Positions 42,040-50,841 of a DNA stretch of 54,277 nucleotides are shown piece by piece. Position numbers and translations under genes: made by a program. The notes beneath the pieces are model-generated. The model ran no database searches and was not told the DNA's origin. It saw only the letters and a program-made list of their open reading frames with translations. How positions within the stretch are numbered: the first letter of the stretch is position 1; every line of letters starts with the position of its first letter. The stretch is from Nanobdellota archaeon (GTDB lineage Archaea > Nanobdellota > Nanobdellia > Woesearchaeales > CAZZGN01). The stretch covers positions 1 to 54,277 of the forward strand of contig JBNJDG010000005.1 of NCBI GenBank assembly GCA_051819665.1. Reading direction: 5' to 3'.

Positions 42040-43355
42040 CAGAACTCACTCTCCTCTTTCTTATTCTTAACGGCAGTAGGTGAAGATCCACCATGCCAGC
42101 TTATCCTCGGTCTCACCCTCATGGGATACATCTTCTCATTAGTATCATCAAACACGATCCCTGCTCCCTTTACCCTGGGAAGATTATCGAGCTGTTGCAC
42201 AAGCCCTGCTCTCATATAACTCTGCATAAGAACCCCTAACGCATCAGTATCAATCTTTGCGGTTATCCTATGAGAAAGTACTGTATCCGACTGCGTCATC
42301 ACATCAGTATGTATCTTGCCGGGCTGCTGAGTGGCAAGAATCAGGCTTATCCCGGGCTGTCTCCCTTCCCTCATTATCGTTACCAAAGCCTCTGAAGAAG
42401 CCACCTTCCTGTCATTCGGAAGGAATTCATGAGCTTCGTCAATGACAAGCCAGACGAGAGGCATATCCTGTTTATCCTTCTTCTTGGCGAAGATGTTCAT
42501 CGCTTCATCAACACTATGATACTCCTCATCCTTCCTCATCTGCATCCTCTGGACAAAAAGATGCTGGGAAACTATACCGACTATCAGGGACTTTATATCC
42601 CAGCCGCCGGGCATAGTTGCATAACAGGAAACATCAAGTATAGATATCTGGCCCCCTTTGGCCAGTTCGCTCAAAGGCGTTCCCTGATCAGAGAAAATAC
42701 CCCATCTCCTTGCTATCAGGAACATCGCCTCAGCAGCATCCTTCGCATTCTTCTCCCCGCGTGTATCGTTCCTTACCCTCTCTATGATATCATCTATCGT
42801 GTATTTCTTGCCCTCTCTCTTGAGATCAAGGATTATCCTGGTTATCAATACTCCCACAGGCGAGTACTTATCCTGTTTGAAAGCGAGACACCAATCATCC
42901 TGATCAAGCTCTGAAGGGTCAAGGCTGAAGGGTGCATCTGTAGGGATTCCCTTCTTCTTGAAATCATAATGGAATTTCTCAGGTGTGAATATCTTTACGG
43001 GTACACTGGAAGGTTCAAGTCCCCACTCCTTCAGAAGGTCCTCATCCTCCTTGTTGGGATACTTCATGGTCCAGTATATACCCATGGTATCAAGGAGGAT
43101 TATGCTCAGGTTCTTCTTTACATCATCATCGAGAAGATGAAAACCTTCTGCTATACTTCCCATTGTATAACTCTTTCCGCCTCCTCTCTTACCACAGATG
43201 AACACTACATGAGCTGAAGCTACATCAAGGTATATATTATTGGAGAGTGAAGTGGTCCTTCCCATCTTCACGAACTGCCTGCCGAGAAGAACAAGCCCCT
43301 TCTTGCCGAATTTCTTCTTATCAGATTCAGTCCTGCCTACAGTAACATCAAACAT
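42039..43355 (-). CDS. HerA/FtsK-superfamily ATPase (DUF87), paralog 1
   Basis: Same motifs; stop overlaps the start of paralog 2. Confidence 0.85.
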   Translation of the reverse strand: MFDVTVGRTESDKKKFGKKGLVLLGRQFVKMGRTTSLSNNIYLDVASAHVVFICGKRGGGKSYTMGSIAEGFHLLDDDVKKNLSIILLDTMGIYWTMKYPNKEDEDLLKEWGLEPSSVPVKIFTPEKFHYDFKKKGIPTDAPFSLDPSELDQDDWCLAFKQDKYSPVGVLITRIILDLKREGKKYTIDDIIERVRNDTRGEKNAKDAAEAMFLIARRWGIFSDQGTPLSELAKGGQISILDVSCYATMPGGWDIKSLIVGIVSQHLFVQRMQMRKDEEYHSVDEAMNIFAKKKDKQDMPLVWLVIDEAHEFLPNDRKVASSEALVTIMREGRQPGISLILATQQPGKIHTDVMTQSDTVLSHRITAKIDTDALGVLMQSYMRAGLVQQLDNLPRVKGAGIVFDDTNEKMYPMRVRPRISWHGGSSPTAVKNKKEESEF

Positions 43356-43490
43356 AATAAGGACACACTGTGTGTCATTTAAAAAATTATCGAAGCGAAG
43401 CTCAGAAAAACCACAAAATTTATTAATATTCCCGGAACAGAAGAACCAGGATTATATGAAACTATTCTCCAATGATAAAAGGTGATAATC

Positions 43491-45146
43491 TTGACCGAAG
43501 AGAAAGAAAATAAAAAGGCCCAGCACGAAGAGCCTAAGAAGGAAGATAAATCTAAAGAAAAGATGCATAATAAAGAGCATGAAGAAAAAACAGAGAAGAA
43601 AGGACATGAGGGAAAGTCTTCAGAGCATCATAAGAAAGAGCATGAGAAAAGTAAAGAGAAGAAATCCTCAGAAGGCCACAAGAAGGAACATTCCAAGGTA
43701 GAGAAGAAAGAAGCCGGGAAAGAGGACAAGACTGCCCATAAGAAACACACAAAAAGTACATCGAAAGCAAAGAAGGAAAAGAAGAAAAATCCGGCCAGGA
43801 CATGGATGATCTTACTGCTTCTCCTTGCAGCCGCTCTTCTAGCATGGAACTGGGACAATATCACTACCCAGAATGATCCCGCCGCTACTGTGAACGGAGA
43901 AGTTATATCAAAGCAGCAGCTGAACGCGCAGTATGAGAGCCTACCTGCACAGATAAAATCCAGAATGTCAAAAGCAGAACTTCTTGACAGGATGATAGAC
44001 TTTGAAGTGCTCAAGCAGAAAGCGAAAGAGGAAGTTGAAGTCAGCGAGGAAGAGGCAGAAGAATTAGTTGATCTTATAAAGGGCCCTACCTCTGAGGAGA
44101 AATTCCAGGAGCAGATGAAAAACCAATACGGAAGTTATGATGCTTTCAAGCAGGAAATCAGAGACACGATGATAATACAGGAGTACGTCTCCTCTAATGT
44201 TGAAGCATTCAGGATTACTGAAAAGGATCTTCAGGATTTCTATGAAGACTACAAGAAACAGGCAGGAAAAGAGCAGCTACAGGCCAGCCACATCCTTATC
44301 TGTTATAAAGATGCTTCAGGATGCCAGCAGAACAGAACCTTGGATGAGGCGCTCAGCGTAGCCAAGGAAGTGAAATCCAAGCTCGGGGAGAAGAGTTTCT
44401 CCGAACTGGCCAGCGAGTATTCGACCGGAAGCTCAGCTGAGAAAGGGGGTAAGCTCGGCTGGTTCACAAGAGGACAGATGGTACCGAGGTTCGAGGAGGC
44501 AGCATTCTCTCTCGATGTGAACGAGACCTCTGATCCCGTAGAGACTAAGTACGGGTACCACATCATCAAAGTTACCGACAAGAGAAGCGGAAATGTCAAG
44601 GGTTTCGAAGAGATCAAGCCCCTTATGAAATTCAACCTCTTTACCCAGAAACAGAGAAGTAAGAGCCAGGAATTCATGGGCTTCGCACAGGAAAAGAGAG
44701 AAGACGCAGAAATAGAGAAGTTCCTGAATGTCACACCTGAAGATGAGGAAGTGGTAGAAGTATCATCAGAAGAGGACCTCAGAAAAGCCCTCAAGGAAAA
44801 GATGGGAGAGAAAGCAGAAGAACTTGAAGAGAAGGAGAACACAACTGCCGATACAGAAGATAACAAAACCGAAGAGACTGAACCACAAAAAAGCGAGGAA
44901 AAGAGCAGCTGTGAATTTTCACAGGATGTCGTCTTCTACTACAAGGAAGGACATGACAAGAGTGAATCCGTTAAGGAACTTGTCGGTGATGTAATGCTTG
45001 TTGAAAGAGGAGAGAGCGAAAAGCTAGATTGCCTTGAAGAATTCAGCAAGTACGCTGTCCCTCAGCTTATCTGTACCAAAACCGGAGATAAAGTTGCAGG
45101 CGACATGACTCAGGAAGAGATTGACAGCTTCAAATCAAGCTGTTGA
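43491..45146 (+). CDS. Membrane-anchored PrsA/SurA-like parvulin peptidyl-prolyl isomerase
   Basis: AATVNGE, ASHIL, GGKLGWF, MVPRFE, GYHII; TTG start after AGGTGA. Confidence 0.88.
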   Translation: MTEEKENKKAQHEEPKKEDKSKEKMHNKEHEEKTEKKGHEGKSSEHHKKEHEKSKEKKSSEGHKKEHSKVEKKEAGKEDKTAHKKHTKSTSKAKKEKKKNPARTWMILLLLLAAALLAWNWDNITTQNDPAATVNGEVISKQQLNAQYESLPAQIKSRMSKAELLDRMIDFEVLKQKAKEEVEVSEEEAEELVDLIKGPTSEEKFQEQMKNQYGSYDAFKQEIRDTMIIQEYVSSNVEAFRITEKDLQDFYEDYKKQAGKEQLQASHILICYKDASGCQQNRTLDEALSVAKEVKSKLGEKSFSELASEYSTGSSAEKGGKLGWFTRGQMVPRFEEAAFSLDVNETSDPVETKYGYHIIKVTDKRSGNVKGFEEIKPLMKFNLFTQKQRSKSQEFMGFAQEKREDAEIEKFLNVTPEDEEVVEVSSEEDLRKALKEKMGEKAEELEEKENTTADTEDNKTEETEPQKSEEKSSCEFSQDVVFYYKEGHDKSESVKELVGDVMLVERGESEKLDCLEEFSKYAVPQLICTKTGDKVAGDMTQEEIDSFKSSC

Positions 45147-45215
45147 TTACTTTTTTTCTTTTCTCATTTTAATTTCCAAAACCTTTAAATAGTTTCTTCA
45201 CTCTCTAGTGAATCA

Positions 45216-45728
45216 ATGGTCAAAGAAGACCTCAACAGGATCCATAATCCTTCATTCAACCATAGTCTGGACCATCACATAGAAAAAGGGATTACAAACG
45301 TCCAGAATTATGTAAAAGGATTCTATAAAAGCCTATTTAACCGGAACGATTCTGAAGAAAATCCAGCCAATAAAGATCTCAGCAAAGTTTATAAGCCTTT
45401 GTTCAACTGTAACTGGAATCATTATATGGAGGAAGGAATCACAAGCCTTTCCTATTACACAGACCTTGTAAAGTCTATGGGCAACACACCTGAATTTGAG
45501 AAATTCGGCATGATAAACAGAGAAGAAGACTCCTTATTGATCGTAAAAAGGGAATACTGTCCAAGCGATAAGAACAATAACATGTCCCTTGAACAAGGAT
45601 CCTGGAGATATCATTGTCTCAGGGTCAAAGAACCCCATGCAGAAACAGATGATAAACCAACCATTTTTTCTGAAGACCGATTAAAAGTATATAAAAATAA
45701 CGAATATAAACAAAAAAACAACAGATAA
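45216..45728 (+). CDS. Hypothetical protein with internal repeat
   Basis: 170-aa ORF, TTTAAATA 32 nt upstream. Confidence 0.6.
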   Translation: MVKEDLNRIHNPSFNHSLDHHIEKGITNVQNYVKGFYKSLFNRNDSEENPANKDLSKVYKPLFNCNWNHYMEEGITSLSYYTDLVKSMGNTPEFEKFGMINREEDSLLIVKREYCPSDKNNNMSLEQGSWRYHCLRVKEPHAETDDKPTIFSEDRLKVYKNNEYKQKNNR

Positions 45729-45730
45729 CC

Positions 45731-47002
45731 TCAGAGGCTATCAGATGTCATGATATTTATCTTTGTCGACGAATCATTGACCTTGGATTCCATCCCGACA
45801 AGGCATTCCACGTTTATCTTCTCGGCAACACTAAGCAGGCTCTTATCCACAACCCCATCAAAGACTATAGCATAGACTCCGCCATTGAGGCTCTTGATGG
45901 TTTTGCTAAGCTCCGAGAAAGGAACCTTGCCGAGTATATTGAGCTTATCATCAAGTATATAAGCCCCTCTGGTCCCAATGAGGTCATCAAGCATCGATTC
46001 AAATTTCTTCTTGGTCTCATCGGAAACAGATTTGGATTTCCCCTTCTGCTGTTCCTGCGAACCCTGTGAACTCTGAGAAGAAGATCCCTGTTGTGATCTG
46101 CTCTTCTGCTGGTTTGAAGACTGATGCTTTTTGCCGCTGCTTCTGCTCTGTTTTTGTGAAGACTGATCATCAGAGATCTCAAGCTTCATCTGCTCTGCAG
46201 AAATCTTACTTCTCAAAGCCTTATGGATCTCCTTCATCGTTATCTCCTCGACCTCTTTCCCGTCAGGAGCCTTTGCGACAAAATCAATCTCTGCAGAATT
46301 CATTATCTCCTTGATTATCAGGTTTCCACCCCTGTCTCCATCAACAAAGACAGTCAGAATCTTCTTCCTGCTGAGATCCTTGACAGTCTGGGGCACTGAA
46401 GTCCCGTTTATCGCTATCGCATTCTTTATGCCATGCTTCAGCAGATTAAGTACATCTGCTCTTCCTTCGACAACTATGATCTCGTCACTCTCATCCACTG
46501 CAGGCCCTGCAGCAAGTTTCTCCTTTCCGTATTCCTGTATCTCCATTACCCTTACAGAATGAGACACCTCATCCGCAAGTTCCTGAGAATCAGGAAGTAC
46601 ACTGTCAGTCATCACCCTTAGAAGCTCTTTAGCTCTCTGGATGACGAAATTCCTCTTCGTCACCCTAACATCTTCCAGTTTGTGGACTTTCACTTTCGCA
46701 TCGCAGGGACCTATTCTCTGGATAACTTCAAGAGCAGCACCTACAATAGAGGTCTCAGCCTTGTCCAGTGAAGAAGGTATGACTATCATCCCTTTGGATT
46801 TACCCGACTTCGTGTCAACATTGACCTCGATCCTCCCTATCCTGCCGGATCTCTGAAGCTCCCTCAGTTCAAGATCCGAACCAAGAAGACCCTCAGTCTG
46901 ACCGAATATTGCTCCAATAACATCAGGCCTGTCAATGATACCATCGATCTCAATGCTCGCGTGAATTATATATTTTGCTGATACTGGGCTTACCTTTCCC
47001 AT
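45731..47002 (-). CDS. dnaG: Archaeal DnaG (TOPRIM)
   Basis: GAIFGQTEGLLG, VVEGRADV, DGDRGG, GKEVEE; low-complexity S/Q linker. Confidence 0.95.
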   Translation of the reverse strand: MGKVSPVSAKYIIHASIEIDGIIDRPDVIGAIFGQTEGLLGSDLELRELQRSGRIGRIEVNVDTKSGKSKGMIVIPSSLDKAETSIVGAALEVIQRIGPCDAKVKVHKLEDVRVTKRNFVIQRAKELLRVMTDSVLPDSQELADEVSHSVRVMEIQEYGKEKLAAGPAVDESDEIIVVEGRADVLNLLKHGIKNAIAINGTSVPQTVKDLSRKKILTVFVDGDRGGNLIIKEIMNSAEIDFVAKAPDGKEVEEITMKEIHKALRSKISAEQMKLEISDDQSSQKQSRSSGKKHQSSNQQKSRSQQGSSSQSSQGSQEQQKGKSKSVSDETKKKFESMLDDLIGTRGAYILDDKLNILGKVPFSELSKTIKSLNGGVYAIVFDGVVDKSLLSVAEKINVECLVGMESKVNDSSTKINIMTSDSL

Positions 47003-47291
47003 ATTTTATTACCTCCGTCTCTGTTTTCACGGCACTCTACGTCCTCCTAGAACAAGCTTCTACCAAAACTACATGCTTAAAATGGAAACTGATGAACGTG
47101 ATGAATGTAAGCTTGCTTGTGAACGTGATTATGAAAATATTTTGCCCGTGACACTAACTCCCAAACTCATAGCTTGAATTTATCGTGAGCTCCGTTGAGT
47201 ACTCTCGTGACGGGCTTTTCCGCACAAGAGTGGCTCCATCTCATGGTGGTTTATACAATAAACACTCGATGAAGGACCTTATTATGCGGTT
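47003..47291 (-). ncRNA. Candidate structured 5' leader of dnaG
   Basis: Several helices visible by eye, with G-U pairs favouring the minus strand; TATATAAA at 47321-47314. Confidence 0.5.
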
Positions 47292-47389
47292 GCAAAGGGG
47301 TATGTGGTATAGATTTATATAGTTTTCTGTTTTTTATTTTCTATATAGAAAAGAAATAGTTATTAATACCCTCTTCTTATGAAGGCATC

Positions 47390-47605
47390 ATGGAACAGGA
47401 TACAGGCAATATACTCCTCATCATAGGCATCGCTCTCCTGATCGCAGGTGTCCTCTTCAAAGCAGGGATAAAGTTTGGTTCTCTTCCGGGAGATATAAAA
47501 ATAGAAAAAGAGAATTTCACTTTCTATTTCCCGCTATCCAGCTCCATCCTCATAAGCTTGGTCTTAACCATGCTATTCATCCTGTTCAGACACCTGTCCA
47601 AATGA
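47390..47605 (+). CDS. DUF2905 small membrane protein
   Basis: GSLPGDI...FYFPL.SSIL.S. Confidence 0.85.
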   Translation: MEQDTGNILLIIGIALLIAGVLFKAGIKFGSLPGDIKIEKENFTFYFPLSSSILISLVLTMLFILFRHLSK

Positions 47606-47640
47606 CAGGTTTTTTAAAAACAGAAAAACTACTGGATAAT

Positions 47641-48342
47641 ATGGCCAGAGTCACAAGAGAGAAATTCAAGACATACCAGAATGTCTTTGATGAATTCACG
47701 CAGAAGAACCTGTTCAGACTCCAGAGCCAGGGATATTTCGACGAGCTTATCGGCCCTGTAGCCTTAGGCAAGGAAGCCAATATATTCTCGGCCAGGAGAA
47801 AGGATGGGAAGCTTGTTGTAATAAAGATCTACCGGCTTGAGAATTGTGATTTCAACAAGATGTACCGTTACCTGAGAGAAGACGAAAGATATTACAATAT
47901 CCGTAAGAACAAAAGACACGTGATCTTCACCTGGACCCAGAGAGAATTCAGGAACCTCCATAAAGCAAGAGAAGCAGGCATGAAAGTACCGACACCACTG
48001 CATTTCTCATACAATATCCTCGTTGAGGAATATATTGGGAAGAAAGAGCCCGCCCCCCAGCTGAAGGACTCAGAGATAGAATCACCGGAAGATTTCCTGA
48101 AGAGTATCACAGAGAACATGAAAAGATTGTATGAAGGAGGTCTTGTTCATGCGGACATATCTGCCTTCAATATACTCAACTATGAACAGAAGCCTGTATT
48201 CATTGACTTCAGCCAAAGCCTTGACACCAAAAGCCCTGCAGCGAAAGAGTACCTTGAGAGGGATATAAAGAACATCTCGAATTTTTTCTACAAGCTGGTA
48301 GATAATGAAAAGGTTGACAGTATCATGGATTCTTTGAGATAA
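47641..48342 (+). CDS. rio1: RIO1-family atypical kinase
   Basis: GKEANIF, IKIY, REFRNL, HADISAFNIL, IDFSQ. Confidence 0.92.
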   Translation: MARVTREKFKTYQNVFDEFTQKNLFRLQSQGYFDELIGPVALGKEANIFSARRKDGKLVVIKIYRLENCDFNKMYRYLREDERYYNIRKNKRHVIFTWTQREFRNLHKAREAGMKVPTPLHFSYNILVEEYIGKKEPAPQLKDSEIESPEDFLKSITENMKRLYEGGLVHADISAFNILNYEQKPVFIDFSQSLDTKSPAAKEYLERDIKNISNFFYKLVDNEKVDSIMDSLR

Positions 48343-48387
48343 GGGATTTCCAAAAAATATATTAATGCTCATCGTGAAATTATAGCC

Positions 48388-48906
48388 ATGGATGAGGTCA
48401 TCGAATACTTCAGGGAGAACAAGGACAATTATGACAGAGTGGCCTTAAGGAACGCACTTATTGATGCAGGGTACAGGAGAGAAGATATCCTTAAGGCTGA
48501 AAAGACAGCTTATGGGGAGGATGTCGCTGAGAATCCACCTAAATTCCCCGACCCACCTGAAGCCAAGAACAACAAGAATACAGAAAAGCCCAAAGCGGAT
48601 ATAAAGAAAAGGAACATACTCCTCGTTTATGTTCTTACATTCATCACCCTTTTCATATACGGCATCGTCTGGAGCGTAAAGACGAAGAACGAGATCAACA
48701 AGCTAGGCGGAAATATCCCCACAGCATGGCTGATCATAATACCCATAGCAAACCTATTCTGGCTCTACAAATATGCAGAATCATTCTCCAAGAAAGTCAA
48801 GGGAGATAATAACAATGTATTGTGGTTCCTTCTCTTCGCTCTGATAGGCATCGTGACGCCCGCAATTGTCCAGTCGGAGCTGAATAAGCATGCAAAGCAG
48901 GATTGA
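48388..48906 (+). CDS. DUF4234-like membrane protein
   Basis: LTFITLFIYGIVW...QSELN. Confidence 0.7.
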   Translation: MDEVIEYFRENKDNYDRVALRNALIDAGYRREDILKAEKTAYGEDVAENPPKFPDPPEAKNNKNTEKPKADIKKRNILLVYVLTFITLFIYGIVWSVKTKNEINKLGGNIPTAWLIIIPIANLFWLYKYAESFSKKVKGDNNNVLWFLLFALIGIVTPAIVQSELNKHAKQD

Positions 48907-49294
48907 GCTGAAAACAGGGGAGAGAGAAGCCCTTTATGACATAACTGATGAAGTGGAAAGAGCGGTGAAAGGATCATCCATTGAAGAAGGGACTGCCAAT
49001 GTCTATGTAAGAGGAGCTACCGCCGCCATCATGATCCAGGAGAACTGGGATGAGAGTGTACAGCAGGATGTCATCGGACTGATGAAAAAGCTTGTACCAA
49101 AAGGTATATGGAAACATGACCAGCAGGACGGCAACGGGGATTCCCATCTTAAATCCGGGCTTATAGGACCGAGTGAAACAATACCCGTGAAAGATAATTC
49201 TCTGGCACTCTCCCGCTGGCAGAACATCTTCTTATGCGAATTCGACGGACCGAGAGAAAAAAGGGAAGTCCTCGTGACCATAACACCAGCCTGA
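48890..49294 (+). CDS. yjbQ: YjbQ/UPF0047 family protein
   Basis: DIT, NGDSHLKS, WQNIFLCEFDGPR. Confidence 0.9.
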   Translation: MQSRIELKTGEREALYDITDEVERAVKGSSIEEGTANVYVRGATAAIMIQENWDESVQQDVIGLMKKLVPKGIWKHDQQDGNGDSHLKSGLIGPSETIPVKDNSLALSRWQNIFLCEFDGPREKREVLVTITPA

Positions 49295-49332
49295 AAAAAT
49301 TAAGTTTTTTTACAAATTTTTCTGAAAAAAAG

Positions 49333-50151
49333 TTAATTATATAAATCATGGCCATTTATGATATGATTGATCTTCTTCAGAAGTTTTGGATTCGCTGCGA
49401 TATAATCCCCTTCATATATGCTGCATTCTCCACCCTCAAGGTTATTCATCTCTGCTCCTGCTTCTTTTGCAATGACACTTCCTGCTGCAACATCCCATGG
49501 TTTCTGTTTCAACCTTACCACTCCATCTATCCTTCCGCAAGCGAGATAGCAGAATTCCGCCGCCATGGATCCTCTTCCGAATACAGGGTCGAGATTCTCC
49601 TTATCCGAGAAGCCGAAGTATTTAACTTTAGGGAATGCAGCCAGGATCTTTTTATTTAACTTTTCAGTCTTTTTTTCTTCGCCGGGATAAGTGGAATAGG
49701 TGATTATTGACTCTAACGGATCTTCCTTGTTATTGATTGAGATTGCTTTATCGTTCAGATAGGCCCCCTTTCCCTTGATTGCGTGGAACAATTCATCCTT
49801 TTTCGGAAGATAAACAACACCAAGAACCATATTATTGTTATTCTCCAGACCGATCGAGACAGAGAATGAATCTCTGCCACCAGTATAATTATTGGTCCCA
49901 TCGATCGGGTCGATGATCCATTTATACTCTGCCTGCGGATTTATCTCTCCGAATTCCTCACCTAAAAAGCCATGATCCGGAAATTCATGTTTAAGGATCT
50001 TAAGGATCAAAGATTCCGAATCTTTGTCCTGTTTTACAGAAGGATTAGAAAGATCATCCTCTCTTGCAGCAGAATTCAATTGATCCATGAGAAGCTTTCC
50101 CGCTTCCCTTGCAGCATATATTGCAGTGTCCAGATATTCATCGTTAACCAT
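49333..50151 (-). CDS. Second inositol monophosphatase family protein
   Basis: GEE, WIIDPIDGTNNY, PWDVAAG; start moved to MVNDEY. Confidence 0.88.
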   Translation of the reverse strand: MVNDEYLDTAIYAAREAGKLLMDQLNSAAREDDLSNPSVKQDKDSESLILKILKHEFPDHGFLGEEFGEINPQAEYKWIIDPIDGTNNYTGGRDSFSVSIGLENNNNMVLGVVYLPKKDELFHAIKGKGAYLNDKAISINNKEDPLESIITYSTYPGEEKKTEKLNKKILAAFPKVKYFGFSDKENLDPVFGRGSMAAEFCYLACGRIDGVVRLKQKPWDVAAGSVIAKEAGAEMNNLEGGECSIYEGDYIAANPKLLKKINHIINGHDLYN

Positions 50152-50256
50152 GTGTTCTAAACAAATAAACCGGTTTAAATAAGTTTGGTTGGAAAGCTTT
50201 TCCCGGAAAGACAATAATCCACAATCTTTTTAAAAGCGTGATTAATCCCTGCCTGT

Positions 50257-50817
50257 ATGAGTGAACACTATTATACCCTGAAGATACCCAAGGACAGAGT
50301 AGCTGTGCTTATAGGGAAAGACGGGGAGACAAAGAAGGACCTGGAAGAATATACCCGTACAGATCTCGAGATTGACTCTAACGAGGGAGAAGTGACTGTC
50401 TCAGGAGAGGATCCGATAAATCTCTATACTGTAAGGGAGATCATAAAGGCCATAGGGAGAGGGTTCAACCCTGACATAGCAAAAACTCTCCTAAAACAGG
50501 ACAATGTCTACGAATCCCTCTCAATCAAGGATTATGTCAAGAACAACAACCACATCCCGAGGCTCAAGGGCAGAGTGATCGGTAAGGATGGAAGATCGAG
50601 GGAGATCATAGAAGAGCTCAGCGAGGTCAATGTTTCTGTATATGGAAAGACTGTCGGTATAATAGGTCTTGCGGAGAATGTCGATATAGCGAGGAGAGCC
50701 ATCGATTCCCTGCTTTCCGGAAGCCCACATTCATCCGTATACAAATGGCTGGAAAAGAAAAGAAGAGAATTCAAAAGAGAAGAGATGGAGAATCAGCTAG
50801 GAACACAAAATATATAA
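50257..50817 (+). CDS. KH-domain rRNA-processing protein Dim2/Pno1
   Basis: LIGKDG, AIGRGF, GRVIGKDG, GSPH.VY. Confidence 0.9.
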   Translation: MSEHYYTLKIPKDRVAVLIGKDGETKKDLEEYTRTDLEIDSNEGEVTVSGEDPINLYTVREIIKAIGRGFNPDIAKTLLKQDNVYESLSIKDYVKNNNHIPRLKGRVIGKDGRSREIIEELSEVNVSVYGKTVGIIGLAENVDIARRAIDSLLSGSPHSSVYKWLEKKRREFKREEMENQLGTQNI

Positions 50818-50841
50818 AGAATTCTTCAGGAAGTCGATTCG

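Noticed and set aside
41269..42640. DGR template/variable repeat pair
   Set aside because: No reverse transcriptase and no adenine-specific mismatches; both copies lie in paralogous coding sequence
47089..47136. Hammerhead ribozyme or C/D box sRNA suggested by CTGATGA and GTGATGA on +
   Set aside because: No stem II followed by GAAA, no properly placed D box; G-U pairs favour the minus strand
47003..47291. SRP RNA, given the length of about 300 nt
   Set aside because: Helix 8 motif (CAGG..GGAA..AGCAG) and long terminal helix not found on either strand
49298..50210. Degenerate copies of the tRNA-spacer motif flanking the second IMPase
   Set aside because: Similarity limited to T/A runs and needs gaps; cannot be told from terminator or background sequence by eye
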